The notes beneath the pieces are model-generated. The model saw only the letters and a list, made by a program, of their open reading frames with translations. It did not search any database and was not told where the DNA came from. DNA of 64,000 bases from Epithemia pelagica (lineage: Eukaryota; Protista; Bacillariophyta): NCBI GenBank assembly GCA_946965045.2, contig OX337230.1:310001-374000 (forward strand), given 5' to 3'. This document shows, piece after piece, positions 45,202 to 56,300 of the stretch (the first letter of the stretch is position 1; each line of letters begins with the position of its first letter). Position numbers and translations under genes: made by a program.

Positions 45202-47999
45202 TTACGAAAAGAGTCCTGTCACATCCGAAACCGTCTTGTTGCGTGTTCCACGAGGACGACGATATCCCTTGGAAGTGGTGGCGGTGGCTGTCATGGACGC
45301 ATCCAACACCATGGAAGGAAGGGCAAAGTCTTCTTTGGATTCGTCTTGGCCATTGTGCAATCCCACCATGGGTTGCGCACCTCGTTTCATGGTGAGTCCA
45401 GCTTGTTGTTGCTGCCGGACCGATTCGGGTTGAAGCGCTTTGCGTTTTTCATCAAACTCTTTGGATGCTTCCAATACAGCTTGCCGAATCTCGCGATGAA
45501 ACCGACACCAGGTCCGATTGGCATCCAAGGGTGACATGGTTTCCAATTCCGCCCTGGATTCTTCGGGAAGTTGAAAGAGTCCACCACTGCCTTCTCGATG
45601 CAACGACGGTTTGTTGTTGTGAGTATTGGTTGTTGCCGGATCTTCTTCCCACATGGTGCGACTCCCTCCTTGATAGGATTTGGACTTGATTCGATGAGGA
45701 GCTCGCGCCACGACTTGATGCAAGGACGTATTTCGTGGAATACGAAGACTCAATCCCAATTCATCGGACGAACCATCGCGTTTTTGGGTTGGTTGTCCCT
45801 TCATCAAGCTCTTGAAATCATCATAGTAGATGCGATCCTCCTCCTGGTCGTCCGACATGTGCAACTCGTTCAAACTATCCAACCACACCTTTTCGAGTTT
45901 ATCGGCATCCGAGATTTTGCCCAACATGTCCTTGAGATCTTGTAGGGTAATATAACTTTTTCGTTGGGTATCCATTCGATCAAAGGCAAGACGAAGATTC
46001 CGGTCATCAATTTTGGCTTGCGAGAGACAGGCGGCCAAGAATTCGTGCCAATGAATGGTGGGATCACTTTTGCGGACCCGAATCGCTTCAAAGAGAGATT
46101 CAATCTGTTGTTCCGTCAAACCACCCAAGGCACCGGCTTCGGCATTTTGCAACAGCACCTTTTTCATGGCATGCAAAGAGATTTCACCCGTTCCTTCCGT
46201 GTCCATTTTTTGAAAGGCGGCCCGTTGTTCGACAATTTGTTCGGGCAGCAGGGTAAAACTCAGCACTTCGGACAACAACTTTTGCATTTCCGACTGTTCC
46301 TTGAAGGTCATTAACGCTTCCAAGACTTTGGGATGAATTTTGGTGGCGGCCTTGGCATCCTTTTTGGCCCACACTTGAATCCAAAAGTCTTTTTGTGCTT
46401 CCTTGGCCGTCGGTCGTCGGACTGGATTGCTCTTGAGGAGTCGTTTCACAAAGGCAATGGCATCGCTACTCACACTGTCCCAAATTTCGGCCGGTTCAAA
46501 CAAGAGTCGGTTCCGTTGAATGTTTTGACGGACCAAAAACAAATCTTCTCCTTCAATGCCACCAAACGGCGCTTCTCCGGAGAGCAAGAGGTAGGTAATG
46601 ACACCCAAGGCCCAGATATCGCACTTTTCATCGTGATGGCCTTCAATAATTTCCGGTGCCACCGTGTAGGGTGTCCCCACTTGTTCGTACAACTGTTGTC
46701 CGGCCGTAAAATGTTTGGACAAGCCAAAATCAATCATGCGCAACTCACTGTTGGCTTCCTTGGAGGAGAACAAAAAGTTTTCCAACTTGAGATCGCGATG
46801 AATAATGCCCTTGGAGTGCAAATACCGGACGGCGGACAACATTTGTTTGACCAATCGAGCACATTGCGGTTCGGTAAAATGCCAATCTTGTTCCTCATCC
46901 AGACGATCAAAGAGATCTCCACCCAAACAGAGTTCTTGAACAATGTAGATTTCCTTGGGACTTTCATAGACTTCCTCAATGCGAGCAATGTTGGGATGAT
47001 CGAGCTGGCACATGATAAAGATTTCATTCCGTAACTGTGCCAATCCTTCGGTCGAGTTTATTTTGCCCAGTTCCAATATTTTGACGGCATATTCGACTTG
47101 CGTAATCTTGTGCTTGGCGCGTCGTACCAGACCCGAAATGCCCTCCCCCAAAACATCGCCATCCTTGACTCCATCGTAGACTTCTTCAATGGGCTGACCA
47201 TACAAGGGCTATCGTGTTCGAACGTCATAGCAAGAAGGAAACACGCACCAGAGATATCCAGCAGAGACGGCCGACAGACGCTGTTAGTTTATCATGTTTC
47301 CAGACACACCACAGTTCTCCTTTCCTTGCCTCCTGTGGGAACTCACCTCAATTCGCACCACGGTCTGTGTCAAATCCCCACCGGCCACAAGCGTTTGACG
47401 CAAGGTATCCAAGGCCAAGATTTGACTTTGTCGCGAAGTAGCTCGCCGTTGTTCCTTGTTGTTGTGTTCCTCCTCATCGTCGTCATCTTCCAGATCGGAA
47501 CAGTCAATGGAGGAAGCCCCGGACGAATATCCCGGACGAACCGTTCGTTTGTTGTTGTTGTGATGACTGGACGACGTGCCATCTTGACTGCTCGTGGTAA
47601 TGGTCGTTGTTGTGGGGAGACTCCCATTCGTGGTCGACCCGTCGGGGCCAGCCGTTTCCAACTGCTTATTGGTCAAGGCTGGATTCGTGACGGTTGGCAA
47701 ATTGTCTGGGTCTGAAACAGAAGTATGAGGGAAACGGTCCGGAGCATATACAATGCAACACAACACAAGGGATGCCAAAATCACAATTCACGGCAGGAAC
47801 GGAGGTACAAAAGAACGTTTGAGGTGAGAGGCATGGAGAGATTGAGAGAGCCATGAGCCAATGAAACTCCCATTCTTCTCAGCCAGCACACGACTCTCCA
47901 AACAGGAGCAGAGCAACAAAACGTACCACCATGATGTGTGGTTGTACGGGTGGAAGCATCAATGGCTGCCGCCGCTGCCACACTTTGACCGCAACCCAT
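45202..47999 (-). CDS. Calcium-dependent protein kinase (CDPK-like); exons 47999-47927, 47711-47347, 47208-45202
   Basis: MGCGQS acylation motif; GEGISG, YAVK, HRDLKLEN, DFG, TVAPE and DIWALG; EF-hand-like loops DTEGTGEIS and DTQRKSYIT. Both GT-AG introns keep the frame. Confidence 0.9.
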
Positions 48000-49416
48000 G
48001 GTATAGAACAACAACAACACAACCACAACACAACGAACGATCTCTGTTGTTGTTGTGATGTCAAATCCGACAAACGACACACACACCAACCGCGGCCAGC
48101 GCCCGTTGGCATTTCGCAACCACTACTGGAGAATTATGTCCGTTCGGGCGTGCCTGCAGTACTGGAATATAACAGAGTTATAATCGTTGAACGTTAGGGA
48201 GCGGTTGGAACACTGGGAGCCAAAAAACCCTCTCCGATCTCTTTTTGCGTTCTCACTTTTTGGTGACTGCACAGCACACAGCACACCGCCAGAGGACAGT
48301 CAGCGGATGTTTGCGAACACTCTCTTCCCGGGTCATTTCGTTCCGAGCTAGAAACCACGAATGAGCATCGAAAGAATACATGAACGAGACACTTCCGTTT
48401 CAAGAGGCAAAGTATCCCTCAAACAAGACACTTAACGCAAGAGTCATTGTATCAATCCTGTGTCTACCCTATAGAGCATTCAATGAAAACATCGATCTTA
48501 CCTCCCCTGCCAAGTAGTTGTTCCTCATGTTTCAGGGAACATCATTGTACCCTAAGCCCTAAGCCGAGTAGAACCGCTCGGATAACTACCTAGTAAAAAG
48601 ATTCCCAAAACGGCATGTCTACTAGAGAGAAACTGGGGTGGATCGGCTGTCCGAATCGTCCGAAAAAAAAGAGAATACTTTTTACAGGATATGTAATCCA
48701 AAGATCAGGAGAGAGAGAAAAAGCCACAAACCAAGTCGCAACTCTTCTATAGTAGGCTGGTAGATTGATACTCCTAGGAGTACCATTGTTGCAGGGGTCT
48801 ATTGCAAACACTCCTACATGTCGGAGTTTGAGGGTAGCACTGATAGATGCGCGACTGGACATCTTTAAAATCGCGGAAAGATCGCGTTTAAGTCCGGACG
48901 GGGGAGGTGTCCGATGCGGTTTGCGGCGGTGGCATGTTTTCCCGTTTTGTTCTTTGTTGCTTCCGCGAAATGTTGGCTGCAAGGATGACGACGACGTCGT
49001 CGCTCATCTCTCATCTCCACCATTATTTCCACTCTCGCACTCTCTCTTCCTTTGCGCACCGTTGGATTCATCGTTTCATCTTCCATCGATCATCGGGCGT
49101 TGAGAAGAAACCACGACAGCACGAAAACCAAGTGTGTGCGCTCCTATCACTCATTCAACAACAACAACAACACCAACGAGAATCCAAGGGTCCACACGGA
49201 GTGAACTGTTTGGTTCGAGCCACAAAAGAAAGGTCAAGCACTCCAACAACCATACACACACACACACACGGAACACAGTCTGTCATTACCAGATTCGTCT
49301 CTGGGACTCGCAGAGACTACCTCACAACGAAACAAGGGAGCACACAAGAGTCGTACAACCTTTGTACCTACTACCACGACCCGACACTACCACCACAACG
49401 CCGCTGCAACGACACC

Positions 49417-51725
49417 ATGAACGGAGGATCCACTGCCGACGACGAACAGCTTCCCTTGCTCTTATCGTCGTCCTCATTATTGAACAATTCGTCGGCATCC
49501 TTTTTGCCCCATCGAACCGGCAGTACGTCGGACATTGTGCAAACATTGGAACATGCCGTCGAATCGGCTCTGGGGGATGACATGGATGATGATGACATGG
49601 ACGACGACAATGACAGTCGTGACCAAAACAATCACGAAACGACCGTGGCCCAAACCTTTGTGCATTTGCTCAAGGGATACATTGGTCCTGGCATGTTGAG
49701 TTTGCCATGGGCCGTCAGTCAATTGGGAATTCCCATTGGATGTCTCGGTATCTTTATCATGGCATGTTGGTACGTACGTACGTGGGTCGCGATCGTACCT
49801 CCCTGATTGGATGGGAAGGAGCCTCCTCGGCTTTCGGATTAGGATTGCAATGCGTTCTCATGGTACCATGTGATTCTTTTTCGTTTTTTTTTTGCTTGTT
49901 GCCTTTTCACAGGTCTTCCTACAATTGTTGGACCGTGGTTCGATTGAAGCGGTTCATTGAACGACAACGATTGGACAATCCAACCACGCCCGAAGATGGC
50001 ACCAATCTCCATACGACAACGAATACTACCAACGACGGTGGCATTTCTGAAACAGCCTCGTCGTCTGTCGCCACCACCCAAATCACCTATCCCGATGTCG
50101 GGGAATGGGCCTATGGTAAAACCTTTCAATCCTATGTCAGTGCTTGTATTTGTACCCAACAATTGGCCATTTGTACCGTCTTTATTTCCTTTGTCGGAGA
50201 AAATATCTTGGCCGTGTGGAATCATTTGCACCTTGGTTCGTTTTCGACCTTGCCATGGTCGTCCTGGTTGTTGGAATCTCATGTCGGTGTCATGACCTTG
50301 GCCTTGCCCTTGTTCCTGTCACTGAGTTTTATTCCCAGTCTCAAGGGCTTGTCCACCGTCATGATGGTGGCGACGGTCTTGTTGTTGTTGACCTTGTTCC
50401 TCCTCGGACTGGTGGTGGACGACCAATGGGACCATCGTCCCCCGACCATCGAGGATGGCGCGGCCTCCTTTCAAGCACCGCGAGCTCCGTTGGCTCTGTG
50501 TGCCATTTTGTATTCCTTTGAAGGCATTTGTTTGGTCTTGCCCATTGAATCGGCCATGAAAAAGGAGGAATCGCAACAGTATTTTCGACCCGTCTTTTTT
50601 ACCAGCATGACGCTCGTGGCAGTCGTGCTCGCCGGTTTTTCCTCAGTCTGTGTCGCGGCCTTTGGAACCGTCACCAATGGATCCATTACCGCCTTTTTGG
50701 TCCAAGAATTTCCCAACGACCAATCCTTGCAAGGACTCTTATTACTCGCCAATCTAGCCGTCTCTCTGTCCGTCTTGTTGACCTATCCCCTGCAACTCTA
50801 TCCTGCTGTCGAACTCGTGGCACCTGCCCTCTCCATCTGGTGGTCCAACCAAGCACAAGCACAACCACCACAGTCTTCCCAACGAAGCCTCTGTTCCTTG
50901 TCGTCGTGCTGTGGTGGTGGTCGGCACAACGACCAGGCCGAACAAGAGGAGGAGGAAGAAGAAAAGGATTTGACGGGCTTTGAACCACTTCAACCCTTGC
51001 CAGAATATGGTGCCGTATCCGTCAGTGAATGGGATTGGGATGAATTGCAAGAACATCGATACGAAGATGATGATGATGACAATGACGGCAATACCAAACC
51101 AAAACCGCCTCACCACGAAACCGAATCCTCGGGTAATGGTGTGACATTGGATTCCATTCAAAACGGCCGCTCCAACAACCACAATCTGGATGGTGCCGAC
51201 AGCAATGGTCGAGGCAACCCGGCGGCGGACGATGTCGTTTCCTTACGATCTTTCTTGTCCTTGGCGTTGAGTTTTCCCAATCCCATTTTGCCCAAAATGG
51301 TCTTGCCCGGTGATTCTCCCCAATTACGGGCCAGTTTGGTACTGCTCACCTTTGCCGTGGCCGCTGTCGTTCCCAATGTCCAAGCTCTCATTTCCCTCGC
51401 CGGTGCCTTGGCAGGTTCCTCCTCGGCCTTGTTGATTCCACCCGTTATGAAATTGGCTTTTTTGCGCCACGTCGAACAAGAACACCAACCACAAACGGTA
51501 CGAATCCACAAATCGGGATCCCAGGACGACGACGATGAGGATGAGGAAGAGGGTCCCGCCAAGAATCGTCCTAGTCCACCTTCCCGTCAAGTACGGATGT
51601 GGCAATTGGAAAAATTGGAATGTTACAGTTTGTTGGGTGCCGGTTTGGTCTTTTTGGTGATTGGAACACAAGCCTCCTTATCGGACATTGCCGCCATTTA
51701 TCGACATGGCGATCAGAGACTGTAA
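49417..51725 (+). CDS. Amino-acid transporter (Aa_trans, SLC36/AAAP-like); intron 49770-49912
   Basis: HLLKGYIGPGMLSLPWA, YSFEGICLVLPIESAM and LTYPLQLYPA; many TM segments; the splice restores CW|SSYNC. Confidence 0.9.
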
Positions 51726-52268
51726 CACCGTTCTTGAATTTGTGTAAATGTCTATGTATGCAATGGTCCACCACGATTGCGACAGGTGTCATGGGGACAT
51801 GATTGTGGCGGCCGTTATTTGTGACAAAAGAGACGAGCATCAAGACCATATCGTTTGTACAAAAGCCATACAAGAAACAAAAAGAGAGTTAGAGAAAAAA
51901 AGACGTGGAATTTTATTGGTATGACGTCAAACTATATTCCATACAAATTAAGATTTCTATCGAGAGGATTGCAATCTCCACAGTACAGAAAGAGGGAGGA
52001 GGATGTAGGACGAATTGGAAGAGGATCCTTCATGGACCAAATCTTGATGCAGGACAGAATATCCACAGGAAAAGAGCGCCCGTGATAACGAAAGGCGCTC
52101 GCTGAGATGCCTTACCAGTCCTGACAGTGGTGTATGTCGAGGTATATCCTTTGTCTCAGCTACAAGGAATTCCGTCTCATGAGATGGAACGGCAGGGTTT
52201 CTATCTCCAACAGGTCTTGTTCTCAAGAGCACCTGGCCGCTACTCATAACACAGAAGCAAGGGCCACT

Positions 52269-52407
52269 TCAAGAGGCATGCCATTTCGTACAAGAGAAAC
52301 AAGTGTCATCCTTCCATTTACCACGGTAGGCATTTGTTGTTGATAGTTCAGAAGCCAGTTTCAAGGTAGGGCAGGATGTTGCATTGGCTTCACGGGTACC
52401 CATTCCT
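52269..52407 (-). pseudogene. 3' remainder of the Kelch pseudogene, left of the Copia insertion
   Basis: Removing the element and one TSD copy restores the frame YHKWEG-MGTREANATSC... to TGA at 52271-52269. Confidence 0.55.
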
Positions 52408-52630
52408 TGTTGAGGATAGCAGAGCAACCGGTGATTATCGAGGACCAAGGTGCGACTAGCAACGGGAAGAAGGATCTGAAAGATACGGAGTCATGGACAT
52501 TGGTTTGTCGACGTGGCAAAAGCAACGAAAGAACGAACAAGAGAGCCAACGCTCATTCAATGGAGAATACGTAGTTCGATAAGCCTATAAAGAGTTGCTT
52601 TTACGGCACGGCTTGTTAGAAGTTTCAACA
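52408..52630 (+). repeat. 5' LTR, 223 bp
   Basis: TGTTGAGG...TTTCAACA; identical by eye to 58352-58574. Confidence 0.97.
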
Positions 52631-52644
52631 TATTCTCCATTGAA
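52631..52644 (+). promoter_or_regulatory. Non-tRNA primer-binding site, complementary to LTR 52556-52569
   Basis: TATTCTCCATTGAA is the exact reverse complement of TTCAATGGAGAATA in the LTR and abuts the LTR end. Confidence 0.7.
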
Positions 52645-52693
52645 ATTGTTATCATTACACTAAGTACCTCCGTTGTTGACGTGAAGTACCCTT

Positions 52694-53377
52694 ATGAGTG
52701 AAGAGGGCACAAGTGACTGCGTACAAGCTTTACTATCGGAACTGGCCCAACTCACTATCGAACAAGAGGATCTCTTACACGAAGCGGAACAGCGCTACCA
52801 ACAACGCTTTCGCACCAAGGAGGTGCAGCATCGCGAGGCCATCGCTGCACTGGAGCGAGAACGAGAAATCGAGAGAGACAACGATTACGAGGAAACGGAG
52901 ATTCGGAAACAGCTGATCTTCAAGGAGACGCAGGAAAAGCGACGCACTTTGTTAGCCAAAATCAAGCGTGCTGAGCAAGGTCCATCAACCTGCGTGGCTA
53001 CATACCCGGAGCACTCCGCTGAAGCGTATCTTGTGGAACCGAACCAAGAAGACAATTCGGAAGAGAATCAAGACCGTCGTTCATCTCCAGTGGCTCTCGT
53101 TGACCTGATCCGAGAAACACCGGACGGTGAAATCGAAACGGAAACAATCATCCCTGCTATTCCACCACAAAGAGGCGTACTCCCACGGTGGATTCCAATT
53201 GGAACTCGAGTTTGGGTATTGAATACTCTCAAGTTGAAGGAAACAGTGGGACGAACACACCTCCAAGGCACAGTGTCACGCCACGGAACGTTATACCACT
53301 TCATCAAGATTTGGAATCCCATCACAAAAGATACAGAAGAACACCGCCGCCATCGTGACAGCATTGCGATTGTCTAA
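52694..53377 (+). CDS. Extra ORF (227 aa) upstream of gag; coiled-coil N-terminus and small beta-rich C-terminus
   Basis: Intact ATG-TAA ORF inside the element, ending 5 nt before the gag ATG. Confidence 0.7.
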   Translation: MSEEGTSDCVQALLSELAQLTIEQEDLLHEAEQRYQQRFRTKEVQHREAIAALEREREIERDNDYEETEIRKQLIFKETQEKRRTLLAKIKRAEQGPSTCVATYPEHSAEAYLVEPNQEDNSEENQDRRSSPVALVDLIRETPDGEIETETIIPAIPPQRGVLPRWIPIGTRVWVLNTLKLKETVGRTHLQGTVSRHGTLYHFIKIWNPITKDTEEHRRHRDSIAIV

Positions 53378-53382
53378 ACAAG

Positions 53383-56300
53383 ATGTCTCAACAAGGCAGC
53401 GCAAATCGTCCAGACACGGTTGAGTCTAGCTCCCGGTCGAGTGGACAACAACGTCAAGGCAGAGGCGGACGAGGAAGAGGACGAGGATGGCAGAATCAGT
53501 CTCAACAATCCAACTCGCCTAGATTTCAAGGCCAAGAACCGTCGCTTAAAGAATGCATATTCGATTATAGTGAGGATCCGCAATCGAAGCGCTATCTACG
53601 AAACGTCGAGTTACTGATCGGCTACGTCGGTAGTAATTTTGATCGACACAATCAAGAGTTCCAACAAGCACTCGAAGCATTGGAACTACCCAACCCAGAA
53701 GAAGCAACAAAACCAAAAGACCCCACCGATATGATCCAGATGGAAGAGTGGAAGATGGCGTACAAAGCACGCCAGGAGCAAATGGTCCTCTACAAAAACT
53801 TTCGGGCAGCGCTATACAGCTTGATTATGGGACAGTGTACCCCGCTACTCAAGGATAAGCTACAGGCCCACGAGACCTTTGGAGAGATCAAGAAGATGCG
53901 TGATGGTGTAGACCTCTTGAAACTTATCAAGCAAATCACATTCACCTTTGATTCCGGACGCATATTCACTCTCGTCGCCCGTGATAAGCTCAAGGAAGAT
54001 TTCTATAGTCTGAGGCGACGAAACAACCAAAGTCTCCATTCCTATTACGAGGTATTCCGAGCCAAAGTCAAGGTCATGAATGAAGCCGGGATCGTCCTTT
54101 ACGATAAGGACATGCTGGAACGAGTGGCCAAGGAAAAGAAACACACAGCACCTTCTCCCGACGACCACGAGGACGCCCAAAATCGTTGTATTGCCATTCG
54201 ATTCATCCGGTCTTGTGGCAACAAGGATTACGAAGCACATTTGCAAAATATGTTCTTGGATGGGCAGAATGTATATCCCAAGACGCTTGCCAATGCTCGT
54301 GCGATCCTGGACAATCGAATGACAGGAAAACCAAAGAACAATCCTGGTCAGAGCAATGGTCAGCCCGACAACGCCACCGGTGTGGCGTATGTAACAAGTG
54401 GAGAGACAAGTATGCCCGATTCCACTCTGACAGGCCACTCCAATGCGACAACTGCAACAGGTACACAAGCAAGTGGCTCCCAAGCATCAACAACTCAGAG
54501 TCGCTCAAATCGAACCAACTCACAAGCCGAGGGTAACAATGAATCCAACCGAGGTGTGCTAACCTCATCAAACAGGGGCTCATTCGTCAACTGCAACTCA
54601 CCTGATTATGTGTTCTCTTCCTCTACCATGCAGGCTAGCATTCCCCCTCAATGGCTGTTACTGGACAATCAGTCCACCGTTGACATCATCAAAGATCCAT
54701 CCTTATTAAAAAATATTCATTCGTCTGAGACTCCCATCGTCATTCAGAGTCATGCCGGACAGAGGACTCTTCAGTTGCGAGGACTCCTGCCTGGATACGG
54801 CATCGTATGGCATGACCCGGAGGGTCCAGCCAACATCATCTCCCTAAACAACGCACACACAAGATTTCACATCAAATACGACAGCGACCATGGAAACTCA
54901 TTCGCCTTGCATGACCGAGCCACTGGTAGGCTAAAACACAAGTTCAATCCAAGCCCAGAAGGTTTATTCTATCTTGATACATCGATGTTACAGAGTAGCT
55001 TCGTAACCACTGTTAGCAAAAACGAAGACTCTTACTCACCGGAAGAAATTCGTAGAGCCAAGTTGGCCAGATCACTCCTAGCGAAGATAGGAAGGCCTTC
55101 TACCAAGGATTATCTTCATATCCTAAGGCACAACCTACTACCCAACGCTAACATTACTACTGACGATGTACACAGGGCCGAGAAGATCTACGGTCAAGAT
55201 TTGGGAACGCTCAAAGGCAAGACAACTAGACGCAAGTCTCCATTTGTCGACACGTCCAAGACAGTACCACCTCGCATTCCTGAGGAGCACAAGGATGTCA
55301 CGTTGACCATTGATGTCATGCACGTGAACAATGTACCCTTCCTTGTTACCACATCAAGGAAAATACATTTCGGTACGATGGACGCCATACAATCAACCAC
55401 CGATGCCAATATTATACAATCCCTGAAGAAGACTGTGGCAGTTTACCGACGTGGTGGGATTAGACCGAGAATTGTGTTGGCTGATGGTGCATTCACAAGT
55501 GATGATATACAAGCCAGTCTTCAACTCCTCGGCATCACCATCAACCCCACTGCCAGGGATGAGCATGTAGGTGATGTGGAACGCTACATCAGGACTGTGA
55601 AGGAGAGGATGCGCTGTGTTTATAACACGCTTCCTTTCGATGCCCTACCGAAGGTCATGTTGATTGAACTGGCCAAATTTGCCACTTTCTGGTTAAACTG
55701 CTTCCCACATCATACCGGCATTTCCAAAACACAAAGTCCACGCCTACTCGTGACTGGCGAGCATGTCGATTTCAACAAACATTGTCGGTACGAATTTGGC
55801 CAATACGTGCAGTGCCATGAGCAGCACGATAACACCATGGCCCCAAGAACCATCGGAGCTATCGCATTGAGGCCAACCGGTAACCGGCAAGGAAGTTATT
55901 ACTTCCTTAGCCTCACTAGCGGCAGAGTAATCACAAGGAATCATGCCACCGCTTTACCGATGCCAGCAGAAGTCATTCAACGGGTGCACCAGTTGGCACA
56001 AAGTCAGGAAATGCAACCGGGATTAGCGTTCGGCAATCGTGACAACAGAATCTTGTTCTTAGACGAGAACAATGAACTGTTTGATGATGATGACGATTCC
56101 TATGAAGATGTACAGGACATGGACGAGGATCTGCGGTATGACAATGATCTAGTTGAGAATGAATTAGCTGAAGATGACATGCCTGGTGTTGAAAATGTCA
56201 TAAACGAGCCAGAGCCCAACCATCCGTTGGACAATTTGGATCTTGAGCCTTTGGAAATCCAAGGAGTGGGGGCAGAAGCCAATCTGCCTGATCCGGTAGA

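Noticed and set aside
35771-51873. Many antisense and alternative-frame ORFs over host genes (e.g. 40479-41384, 42490-43344, 46333-47034)
   Set aside because: Shadow ORFs of codon-biased or low-complexity sense genes.
52586-52591. TATAAA in the LTR as a TATA box
   Set aside because: Ambiguous: under the self-priming model it lies in R/U5 and could be a poly(A) signal. Cannot be decided from sequence.
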